A stretch of DNA of 64,000 nt from Octopus sinensis (Eukaryota), in the NCBI RefSeq assembly GCF_006345805.1, contig NC_043000.1:96844001-96908000 (forward strand), in the 5' to 3' direction. This document shows positions 13,251 through 24,651 of the stretch, in pieces. A program made the position numbers and the translations under genes. Positions within the stretch are counted from its first letter, which is position 1. Every line of letters starts with the position of its first letter. Under the pieces are notes generated by a model. The model did no database searches, was not told the DNA's origin, and was given only the letters and a program-made list of their open reading frames with translations.

Positions 13251-13546
13251 AAGGCGTATGGGTCAGTGGTTAGAGCGCCGAGCTTACGATCGTGAGGTTG
13301 TGAGTTCGATTCCCAGACCGGGTTGCGTGTTATGTTCTCGAGCAAGACACTTTATTTCACGTTGCTCCAGTTAACTCAGGTGTAGAAATGAGTTGCGACA
13401 TCACTGGTGCCAAACTATATCGGCCTTTGCCTTTCCCTTGGATAACATTAGCGATGTGGAGAGGGAAGGCGACTGCTGGCCTTCCACAAATAACCTAGAA
13501 GGGTAACTTTCTAGGTGCAATCCCATTCATGCCCGAAGGGGGTCTC
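13251..13546 (+). mobile_element. SINE family C (tRNA head plus CORE-like domain)
   Basis: A box TGGGTCAGTGGTTAGAGC and B box GAGTTCGATTCCC, followed by CTCGAGCAAGACACTTTATTTCACGTTGCTCCAGTTAACTCAGGTGTAGAAATGAG, which resembles the CORE-SINE segment. Confidence 0.75.
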
Positions 13547-13840
13547 CTCATATATATATATTATATATATACATATATAATATTGCTGTTGGGGTCCGGC
13601 ATGTTAAAGAATAGACCCCTTCTCCCACGTCTCCTCTGCATTTCATAAAAGAAGTTGCGGTAGAATTTGCACTCCAACCTCTTAAAACTGCCGAATCGAA
13701 CCTACGGAATGGAGTGTTGCCTCCTGAGTTGTGCAAGGGTATCATGCGCCAGGAGTGGAGACTCACCAGCAAATGGTGGGTGCAGCGACTCACTGTTACA
13801 GTGCTTTCCCCCATACTATTATATATATAATCCCAAATTG

Positions 13841-13891
<51 letters not shown>

Positions 13892-13898
13892 ATATATA

Positions 13899-13930
<32 letters not shown>

Positions 13931-14852
13931 ATATACACACACGCGCGCGCACATATATATATTTAAATGTCTAATTACACGATAAAACATAAAAATAGAA
14001 GCATCTTGAAAAAATATTCAACGGTAAAACCTGAGCATAAACATATATAATCGTAATCTACGCTTCAGAAAATGTCATTAAATATATAGCTTTTTAAGAA
14101 AGTTATAACGAAACGAAGAAGGCAGGATAGGACAACTAAACTCTAATTATGACCGAAAATATACTTTAATAAGGAAGATATGTTGAAACAAATTCGAAGG
14201 GGTGCACTCAATTGTAGCTTTCATATTTGTATATTTATAGCGTTGATCAATTTACCAATTATGTGTAAACAGATTTTTTGGTGAACTTACATCACTAAAT
14301 TCATAAAAAGTTATTAGACGATTGTCTTACTTGTAATGAAGTGTTCGTTGAAAGCATGCTAATTGAAGAACTGAGCTTATATAATGATGACTTATCAACT
14401 GCTCTAATTATTGTGTGAGTTTGTCTGACTCAAATTTATACATAAGTATGTGTCCTTTGGATTGTGCATGTCCATTACGAAATATATAGAAAAAAACCCA
14501 AGGATGAAACTTTCTGTGATGATTTCAGATATGAAAGAAAATTCTTGTTAAAATTGCTGAGATATTGCAGAAACATTTAATGACGAGTAAACGTCGAACA
14601 TTTATACATGTATGAAATTCTGTATGTGTGTGTTTGTATGTATGTATATATGTATGTATGTATATAGTATGTATATATAGTGTATATTCCATCTTCATTC
14701 TTTCATTTGCCATATATAGTATATATATATATTATACACATACAAATACTAACATGCGTATATACACAAACTCTCACACATATATTCAAGAATGTGTAAA
14801 TGTTTGTAAAAATATATGCATAAACACCTATATATATATGTATATATATATA

Positions 14853-15019
14853 TAGAAACGATAACAAAATGGAGGAAAAATAACAATGACAAATGTGTCT
14901 TTGGTGCTAAAAGCCATTATTAATTAAGCAATTTAATTAGTTAACTAATTAAATAATGGCTTTTTAGCACCAAAGACACATTTCTCACTGTTGTTTCCCC
15001 ATCATTTTCTTATCGTCTA
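14853..15019. mobile_element. Fold-back (MITE-like) palindromic element in (TA)n
   Basis: Arm 14891-14920 is the reverse complement of 14953-14983 apart from one extra T. There are imperfect outer arms and an internal palindrome TTAATTAGTTAACTAATTAA. Confidence 0.75.
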
Positions 15020-15163
15020 TATATACATTAAACTACGGTTTACCTTTATAATTACCTGCTGCCGTATACCTTAAACCAAGGACCATACTTACTGAGGTAA
15101 TTATCAGGGTGCCTTTAGATACATCTTCCCTTAGAGAGTTTAAACACCTCTAACTTATACCTC

Positions 15164-15217
<54 letters not shown>

Positions 15218-15220
15218 ATG

Positions 15221-15282
<62 letters not shown>

Positions 15283-15415
15283 AATATACATCTAATGTAA
15301 GATAAAATTATTTCGAAAAAAAATTTTATCAATGGCCAGCATATTAAAAAATACCTTTAAAGGTTAAATTTATAAATAACTTTATTTATAAATACTTATT
15401 TTTTATTTATTCATT

Positions 15416-15465
<50 letters not shown>

Positions 15466-15485
15466 ATATGAATGAGTGTGTATAC

Positions 15486-15525
<40 letters not shown>

Positions 15526-16370
15526 CTATTATATATGTGTGTGTGTGTGTGTGTATTATTCAAAGAAATCCCAACTTTGATTTTTCCCGTTTTATTTACA
15601 ATCTTATAATAATTATAAGATGATATAATATAATAAAATGATAGAATGTTAAATGTCCATTCTCTTTGAGCAATTACTTTCGTGCATTAAAATATGCAAT
15701 CTTCAGGTTCGTGTAGTAGTGGTGACAGTTATGTTTTACAATTTACAACTGTAGTGAGATGGCTAAATTGTGTGCCTTACATGCATTTGTATAGGCTCTA
15801 AATGTTAATCCTTGCAAACTCTATTCAGACCAATCAGTGCATGATTTTACTAAATTACTCAAGTTGATTGGTGTTTGGTTTAATCGTAGTAAAGTACAGT
15901 ATAAAACTCGTCCATCTTCAGATAGAACCCAGTGCTATTCAACAGTAGTATTATACCTACTGACAGATTTGCGTTGGGGCTTCTGTTGTGTGTGAACTGA
16001 TAATTGAATAAGTTTGTGTCAACATGAAGGAGTACAGAGGAGCATTTCAGTATCAGAGGAACATTTATTTGTAATCTCTACAGTTGCTTCTATGCAACGT
16101 GGAAACAATTGTAGTGATTACAAATAAATGTTCATCTGTACTCTTTGTTGACTCCAGCTTATTCAATTATATATGTATGTGTATGTGCGTGTGCGTGTGT
16201 GTATATGTGTGAGTATACCAGTATATGTACAAACATGTCTATATATGAACTTGGATTATATAAAGGCATACATATATACATTTATAAATGTGTGTATTTT
16301 TATACACACTCCACACGTACATTCAAATATTTATGCATATATATATATATATATATAATATAATATATAT

Positions 16371-16407
<37 letters not shown>

Positions 16408-16614
16408 GCACTCATATATAGAATTTACCCATCGTTACTCATTTCTTCTTTTTTCTCCTCTGTTTCTATTGACATAAGAATTTTTTCGTTCTTTTTTTAA
16501 TTAGATCTCATCCGAATTGTCGATTCTAAATGCACATACTCTGATACATGGAAATCATAAAACATAATCACTGAAATTCACGCGCACAAGTATACACACA
16601 CACGCACACACACA

Positions 16615-16645
<31 letters not shown>

Positions 16646-16683
16646 CACACCACACACACACACACACACATAGAGAGAGAGAC

Positions 16684-16759
<76 letters not shown>

Positions 16760-18293
16760 GGATGCACACGCGTGTATTTAATCACATTTACATACATGTA
16801 AATACATGCAATAACACGTAAACACATACGGATACACTTATGCATACATTCATACATACATACATCACAAACAGAACTGTTTACATTACAAACCAAGAAT
16901 CAACGAAACAAAATAGAAGTGAAAAAGAGGGGAAAAGAGCCAAAGCGAGGCTCCTCTCAGCATTCCATTGCAACCAACATAAGGATGCTGAGTCACGGCA
17001 TAAAAATAAAGATAAAAAATGTTTATAATAAAACTAAAGAAAAAATGCAAAACTGACATGATGGATTCATTATATTTCTCGACTGCAGACGAGCTATTTC
17101 TTTATTAAATTAATTATTTATTCACATATATTTTTAAATATTTTCAGTTCAATTCATTATAAAGAAAATTCAATCGTTCATTCGTTAAAATAGATATTTA
17201 ATCGTACTTAAGAACGAAAATAGTATAGAATGATTAAACAACTAGCTCTACATTAGGTATTGAGCGGTTTCTTCAGTTAATTCGTCTTGCCTTTAAAACA
17301 CCGCATTGTTATTAATGTTTACTTTTTACATGTGTGTTGATTTGGTAGAATGGGTTGGACGTTCGATGAATTTTTTTTGTGGCATTTGTTCCAGTTTTTC
17401 ACTTTCTGAGTTGAAATTCCGCCGTGTTCAACTTTGCCTTTCAAATGAAGAGCGCTAAATTTGCAGGATTGTCTGAACTTGGTAAAATATTCTTATTCGG
17501 TATTTAGGTGCACAGTCGGATGTTGCGAGTTTACCTCCCATCGAGGTCATCCTTTGGTGTTGATGAAATAAAAAATTATTCAGGCGCTGTACTGAAATCG
17601 ATTTAATCGACGAACCCATGCGTTCAAAATTGTGGCCTTCTACCTTTGTTAGAAATTATCATTTATTCATATATAATATAGTTCTTGTTTTCCCAGTTCG
17701 GACAAACCTATGATCAATGTCGTTGTAACTATGACCATCCTATCTTATTTGTATTTTCGTTTTTCCAGACAATGTGTGTATGTAGTCGTACATTATCGAA
17801 CGTGTTGTAACTCTGTTTACATTATTCCATATCTCTTCCTCCTCTTCCTCCTCTCCTCCCTTCTTCTGGCCTTCCCTCTTCATTCTTTCTCTCTTCCCTA
17901 CTTCTACATCTTCATTCTTCCTCTCTCCCCTACGGCTCGATTTTTTCTTTCCATTTGTTGTCGTTGGTTTTGTTCTTGCTGCTGTTAATATTACTGTAGT
18001 TTACAGCACCAGCATCAGCATCAACAGCTTTCATCGAGTAAACTGACCAAAAGCATTGACTATTCTGTCTTTTTTTTTTATTTATTCAGGATTTGATTAT
18101 TTAATCCGAACTTATCCTTACTTTTCATTTTTGCATTTTTTTCTTCACGTTCACCGCATTATACACATTGAAAGTAAGTTAATGTTTATCTGAATCCAGC
18201 TATTAAGTACATAGTATATTATACCTATTACGCACATGTGACTATTAAACACAAAATATACCGTTTTATCGCACGAAATACTGTTTTACACAC

Positions 18294-18393
18294 NNNNNNN
18301 NNNNNNNNNNNNNNNNNNNNNNNNNNNNNNNNNNNNNNNNNNNNNNNNNNNNNNNNNNNNNNNNNNNNNNNNNNNNNNNNNNNNNNNNNNNNN
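18294..18393. other. Assembly gap (100 N)
   Basis: Run of exactly 100 N, a typical placeholder of unknown size. Confidence 0.99.
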
Positions 18394-18712
18394 TTTTCTC
18401 CAGCGTTCGCTATGTTACCCTCGTTCTGGTCTAACGACCCACCATGTTTGTTTTCGTTCGGCTTCCTTGTATGTCTCCTTGACTCTTCATAAATCCCAAA
18501 TTTTATTTTGGTACTTATGGGAGCAACTGTCTTCGAAGACTCATATTGTCGCCCAGTACTCGAAATGACGAGTAGATAGACAGCCGACAACTGATGAAGT
18601 GTCGTTCTTTATGTTACTTGTCCTGTTTTCCATTTGTTTCTCTCGTTGTTTGCGTATTGAACACATTTGTTTTCGTATTTCATGTTGTTTACTGTTGGTG
18701 ACATTCTGTACC
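18394..18712 (+). repeat. Interspersed repeat homologous to the reverse complement of 6676-6850
   Basis: Both show TCGAAA-N25/26-CTGATGAAG ... TGTCCTGT ... CTCTCGTTGT ... CTGTAC.CA then (TA)n. Confidence 0.55.
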
Positions 18713-18756
18713 CATATATATATATATATGCATACACACACACATACACACACACA

Positions 18757-18816
<60 letters not shown>

Positions 18817-18861
18817 ATTATAAATTTCAAAACGGATATACGTGTATGTATTTATGTGTAT

Positions 18862-19416
18862 GTCAACTTTGAAAATGACTAAAACTGAGACAAGACAGTA
18901 AACTGAAGCTCCCGAACAATTCCAACAGACCCCAGTCTATCATCAAGGGAATTATAGAAGAAAAAGATAATGAACATACACATACACACATACACATAAA
19001 CATGATTACATATTCTGAGTATAATGGAGTGTTCCAACAGATCATAATGTAATCCTTGTATTTTTCTTCTGTACAACCTGATGATTTTCCACCCATGGTA
19101 TTTTAAAATGCAAGATTATGTATTTATATATGTTTTGTAGTTTTAATTTTGGCTGACATTTGAAATAATTGTAGGTGAAAATGTTAATTAATTAATAAAT
19201 TAACTTGTATCCATTAGCTTTCTCCATTTTCAAACTTATTAATAATATTTTATATTTTATGATATTTTATAATATATTTGTAATATATTGATTGAAAAAT
19301 ATCTCTTCAAAATACAGTATATTAAACCAGTGTATCTTGGATAAAATTATCCCTATAAGAGGTCAATATCCTCATGGTGACTATATATATACATAAACAC
19401 ACCACACACACACAAC

Positions 19417-19484
<68 letters not shown>

Positions 19485-20033
19485 ATATATCATACGTCGA
19501 GCTTACACACGGTTTCCGTCCACCAAATACATTGTCAAATTCATTGGTCTGCCCGTGCTATGGTAGAATAATACACTTGCACTTTTTCAATGATCACCTC
19601 TTTTGCCTACTATTCATCAACCTTACACATTTTTCATGTACATACTCGAATTATCAAGACAGAGTGATTTAATTCCGGGTACTAGTTTGCCATGAGTGAT
19701 TTCTTACCATACTGCTACCACCTTGCTATAAGCAAATATTTGATGCCTCACCGCTTGACCTTAGTTATTGACTAACCTTTAACACGTGGCTTGGCCAAAC
19801 TCATATGCATATTCTCTGTGCTTCATATACAGCTCATGTATCTACGAGATGGAACTTTCTATGTACCAAATTATAGTTGCAGTTTCTCTACGTTCACACA
19901 CTTTTCGATTTCTCTGCCCACTTCTGATCATTATGCTTTTCTTCTACATTGATGATAGATCGGTGGCATTTGGAACTGTTCGGAGGCTTCAGTTTACTGT
20001 TTTGTCTCAGTTTTAGTAATTTTCAAAGTTGAC
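18862..20033. repeat. ~105-bp inverted repeat pair (18862-18972 / 19929-20033)
   Basis: GTCAACTTTGAAAATGACTAAAACTGAGACAAGACAGTAAACTGAAGCTCCCGAACA aligns with the reverse complement of 19929-20033. Confidence 0.8.
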
Positions 20034-20843
20034 TGGTCTTTGTATCAGTGAAAAGGACATGTTCGAGATCTTTTCTTCGGTGGAGATATTTTGACGAGGA
20101 AATCTTTCTTCTTTCATTCTAACCCCATTATAACGGGATTTTCATGATGGTATGATGACGATAATCATATGTACAGATAGATAGGTAGATAGATAGCTAG
20201 CTAGCTAGATAGATAGATACAAACACACACACACATACACACACATACACACACACACACATACACACACATACACATACACGCATACACACATACACAT
20301 ACACATGAACACTGAAATATGCATAAGTATCATCATCACGAAACAGTCACATGTGGTATATATTTATAATGTGTGTGTGTGTGTGTGTGTGTGTGTGAGT
20401 GTGTGTGTGTGTACCTATCAGTCTATATTGCGTTTTTTCCGTTGAGAGGCGTGGATAGCCAAGTTAACAAGATCGTTGGTTCGCAATCTGTCAACAGCTG
20501 AAAGCTGTATCCATAACCACGATACTTAACTCTCGAAGGAGGTGCCCAGTGACATTTAAAAAGCTACCGATGAATGATACCGCACCCGACTTCCGTTGTC
20601 AGCAAGAACAAAGATCAGTTACTTGGCTTCGCCATCTTGTGAAGTTACGTGTTACTAAAAACAACTGTAGCACTTAACAATTCAAACACTTCCTACCGGT
20701 CGCAAATATGTGCCGTGGAAAGAGTTACAGTGAGAGATACCGAATGCATGTGCGTGTGTGCACGCGCGCGCGTGTGTGTATGTGTTTATGTGTGTGTGTG
20801 TCTAAAACTTACATAAATCTACATATTTATATAGACACACACA

Positions 20844-21070
20844 CTGAAAGAAGCCCATCATATATATATATGTTTGTGTGTCTGTGTTTGTCCCCCCACC
20901 ATCGCTTGACAACCGATGTTGGTGTGTTTACTTCCCCATAACTTAGCGGTTCGGCAAGATACTCTATAAAATAAGTACTAGGCTTACAAAGAATAAGTTC
21001 TAGGTCGATTCTTTCGACTAAAGGCGGGTTCCAGCATAGCCGCAGTCAAATGACTGAAACAAGCGAAAGA
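20844..21070 (+). mobile_element. SINE family B, 3' half
   Basis: CTGAAAGAAGCCC-(TA)n-GTGTTTGTCCCC..GCTTGACAACCGATG..TAACTTAGCGGTTCGGCAA..GTCGAT..CGACTAAAGGCGG..CCAGCAT tail, shared with other copies. Confidence 0.85.
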
Positions 21071-21083
21071 ATATATACATATA

Positions 21084-21246
21084 GGCGCAGGAGTGGGTGT
21101 GTGGTAAGTAGCTTGCTTACTAACCGCACGGTTCCGGGTTCAGTCCCACTGCGTGGCACCTTGGGCAAGTGTCTTCTACTATAGCCTCGGGCCGACCAAA
21201 GCCTTGTGAGTGGATTTGGTACACAGAAACTGAAAGAAGCCCGTCG
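21084..21246 (+). mobile_element. SINE family B, 5' half (tRNA-like head plus CORE-like segment)
   Basis: GGCGCAGGAGTGGGTGTGTGGTAAG (A box), GGGTTCAGTCCC (B box), GGGCAAGTGTCTTCTACTATAGCCTCGGGCCGACCAAAGCCTTGTGAG. Confidence 0.88.
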
Positions 21247-21256
21247 TGTATATGTA

Positions 21257-21294
<38 letters not shown>

Positions 21295-21904
21295 TATATG
21301 TGTGTATATGTTTGTGTGTCTGCAAAAGCGAAAGCATTTACTTCAAGAAATGTGTAGAAACATAAAAAGACGATAAGAAGTACGTTTGAATGACTATATA
21401 TATACACATAAAATTAAAGTAAATATTACACATGTTTCTGACATGTTTTTCTTCACAAAAATCAGAAGATGTTATAAAAAATTTCAAGAGATTTGGGTGT
21501 TGTTTCTAGCATGTAGAGAAACATTCTAGACTTAACTTCATGCGCTGGTTGAAAAACATTAAAAAAAATTATGGGGTCGTTACATTCGACTAAAAATTCT
21601 TTAAGGTGGTGCCCCAGCATGACCGCTCCAACAAGTAGAAGGTGAAAAAAAAAAAAGAAAAAAGAATCGAAAAATATAACCGTAGGGCTTTTGTCCACTT
21701 TCCACTTAACTATGGGGCTTTGTACGAGGGCTTTTGTCCGCGGGGCTGGCTTTTGTCTTACACTCATATATATTATATATATATATATATATATTATATA
21801 GAATATATAATATTATATAATTATATTATATACTATATATTATATATATATATAATATATATATCTATATATATTATATATATATATAATAATAATATAT
21901 AACC

Positions 21905-21937
<33 letters not shown>

Positions 21938-22162
21938 TATATATAGATATATATAGATACAAAATTCTACAAAATTTTCCTTGCCACCCTATATTGATTA
22001 ATTATGAATTTTTTGGTTAATTCCGTAATGGAATCGACGGCTGATATTTATTTGCTAACGATAAATTTGGCGCGAGTGCGACGATTTGAAAATTTTAGGT
22101 CAGATATATTGACTTGGCAAGATTGGGTATGCCTCGTGTATATATCTGTTCCGTCTTGAGCT

Positions 22163-22267
22163 ATTTCTTGCTGAAGAATCCGAGGGCTTATGAAGATTGG
22201 CTTGATTTAATTAATCAGGTTAGTATACCATTAAACAGCGGATGAAACGGTATACCGTACAAGAAAT
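22163..22267 (+). ncRNA. Type I hammerhead ribozyme, copy 1
   Basis: Stem I ATTTCTTG (22163-22170) pairs with CAAGAAAT (22260-22267). Core CTGAAGA 22171-22177. Stem II ATCCG (22178-22182) pairs with CGGAT (22239-22243). GAAA 22244-22247. Stem III ACGG-TATA-CCGT. GUA cleavage triplet, predicted cut 22259/22260. Confidence 0.85.
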
Positions 22268-22649
22268 TACAGGGTAAATGTTTTTTTTAATTTTCTCCTG
22301 TTTACGGAATTAATCTTTATTTGCGGTAGAAGCTTTGGCTGTTATTTCTAGTGGGTGAATGGCCTATTATGGCCGTTCCTTAATTGTTAATGTTGAACTT
22401 AAAAATGGTCTATGGACTATTTATTTTTTTCCGCTGGGCCGCTGGTGCAATAAAATTCTACAAAATTTTCCTTGCCACCCTATATTGATTAATTATGAAT
22501 TTTTGGTTAATTCCGTAATGGAATCGACGGCTGATATTTATTTGCTACCGATAAATTTGGCGCGAGTGCGACGATTTGAAAATTTTAGGTCAGATATTGA
22601 CTTGGCAAGATTGGGTATGCCTCGTGTATATATCTGTTCCGTCTGAGCT

Positions 22650-22757
22650 ATTTCTTGCTGAAGAATCCGAGGGCTTATGGAAGATTGGCTTGATTTAATT
22701 TAATCAGGTTAGTATACCATTAAACAGCGGATGAAACGGTCTTACCGTACAAGAAAT
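22650..22757 (+). ncRNA. Type I hammerhead ribozyme, copy 2
   Basis: Same core and stems (CTGAAGA 22658-22664, GAAA 22733-22736). Stem III reads ACGGT-CTT-ACCGT. Predicted cut 22749/22750. Confidence 0.83.
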
Positions 22758-23135
22758 TACAGGGTAAATGTTTTTTAATTTTCTCCTGTTACGGAATTAA
22801 TCTTTATTGCAGGTAGAAGCTTTGGCTGTTATTTCTAGTGGGTGAATGGCCTATTATGGCCGTCCTTAATTGTTAATGTTGAACTTAAAAATGGTCTATG
22901 ACTATTTAATTTTTTTCCGCTGGGCAGTGGTGGCAATAAAATCTACAAAATTTCCTTGCCACCCTATATTGATTAATATGAATTTTTTGTTAATCCGTAA
23001 TGGAATCGCACGGCTGATATTTATTTTTGCTACCGATAAATTTGGCGCGAGTGCGACGATTTGAAAATTTTAGGTCAGATATTGACTTGGCAAGATTGGG
23101 TATGCCTCGTGTATATATCTGTTCCGTCTTGAGCT

Positions 23136-23241
23136 ATTTATGCTGAAGAATCCGAGGGCTTATGGAAGATTGGCTTGATTTAATTTAATCAGGTTAGTAT
23201 ACCATTAAACAGCGGATGAAACGGTATACCGTACAAGAAAT
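23136..23241 (+). ncRNA. Type I hammerhead ribozyme, copy 3 (stem I weakened)
   Basis: CTGAAGA 23143-23149 and GAAA 23218-23221, stems II/III intact. The 5' strand of stem I reads ATTTATG instead of ATTTCTTG (mutation or read error). Predicted cut 23233/23234. Confidence 0.65.
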
Positions 23242-23390
23242 TACAGGGTAAATGTTTTTTAATTTTCTCCTGTTTACGGAATTAATCTTTATTTGCGGTA
23301 GAAGCTTTGGCTGTTATTTCTAGTGGGTGAATGGCCTATTATGGCCGTTCCTTAATTGTTAATGTATATATATATATATATGTATATATA

Positions 23391-23535
23391 TAGGAGAATT
23401 TGTTTTGGAGTTTGAAAATGCACCAGAATTTGAAAAACGTGTAGTTGTTTTTAAATATGTAAATGAATCTATTTAAAACCAACTAACTTTTTTCAAATTC
23501 AGGTGCATTTTCAAACCCCAAAACAAATTCTTCTA
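23391..23535. mobile_element. Fold-back MITE (~67-bp arms, 12-bp spacer)
   Basis: TAGGAGAATTTGTTTTGGAGTTTGAAAATGCACCAGAATTTGAAAAA... matches the reverse complement of ...TTTTTTCAAATTCAGGTGCATTTTCAAACCCCAAAACAAATTCTTCTA. TA is present at both ends. Confidence 0.88.
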
Positions 23536-23820
23536 TACTTTTACCTGCGTGGGAATACACCTCTTCTCTCTCTATATATATATTTATATATAATAAAGGG
23601 TAAAAATCATTAATGATTTTTCCAAGGGGTCAGAGCGGAAATAAAAACCTTATAGGTGAATTTTATAAATATTATAATAATTATATGCATAATTATAACA
23701 AAGGGTTAGCTATAAGCCTCTCTACGCACTGGAAATAGACGCCAAAAGACGTGTAGATACTCCGAATTTATACTATGGAATATGGTTGCTTAAGAGCATA
23801 GGTATAATTTATACATACAT

Positions 23821-23860
<40 letters not shown>

Positions 23861-24063
23861 ATATATATATATATATATTATATATATACAAAATAAGAAA
23901 ATGGAGAAATATATCTAATCATTCATCACTATCAGATAAACCGAATCATATATTTATTAAAACACTATACAAGAGCATTAAGATTAGACATTATACAGTC
24001 AATAATTACAATCATATAATGAGATATAACTAAATAAATATAACAAGATATAAAAATACATAT

Positions 24064-24193
24064 ACATTATAACTGACAGCTGTTTCGGCCATGCAGATAG
24101 GTATGTCTCATTTAACCTATATTAGCCATATATTGCAGGTATAAATGAGACATTAACAAAAATATCTTACGGCCTCTTCGGAGATTCTAATGT
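24064..24193 (-). ncRNA. Type I hammerhead ribozyme-like motif (Penelope-type, palindromic stem III, CCGAAGA core variant)
   Basis: Minus strand: ACATTAGAATCT-CCGAAGA-GGCC-[long hairpin]-GGCC-GAAA-CAGCTG-TC-AGTTATAATGT. GUC triplet, predicted cut between 24075 and 24074. Confidence 0.65.
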
Positions 24194-24651
24194 AAGTATG
24201 AGTACATACCCAAAAATCATTTACATATAAATATAAATATGAGTGCATATATACTCATATCCTTATATATATACACATATACATATACATAATAATATAA
24301 ATATAAATAATATAAATCAATATATATCAATAAACATAATAATGTTCTATATTGAATGTTACAGTTCCTTAACTAATATTAAGAAATTACAACAGATATA
24401 TTCATACTTAATGCAGACATATATAGTAAACAGTTCATTATATTAATTTGTGTTACTTCACAAAAAGTCAATAATGCTAATACCAATACCGTTATCCATA
24501 ACAATAATGTTATCAATATCAATATTCTTACTACTAACAACATCATTACTAATAAAACAATACATATATCACACAATTAACAACATAGTAGCAACACTGA
24601 AGACCAATAAATACCACCATAGTATTATTCAAGGCAAATAATATATATATA

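Larger units (their letters stand above)
21961..23364 (+). repeat. Tandem array of ~2.9 copies of a ~490-bp unit, each with a type I hammerhead ribozyme (retrozyme/Penelope-like)
   Basis: Unit starts at 21961, 22452 and 22938. Copies differ mostly by homopolymer indels. The array is bounded by (TA)n on both sides. Confidence 0.92.

Noticed and set aside
13565-13830. GC-richer island with ~70-80 open codons on both strands between (TA)n runs
   Set aside because: No recognisable protein motif or splice context. Probably a TE fragment that I cannot classify.
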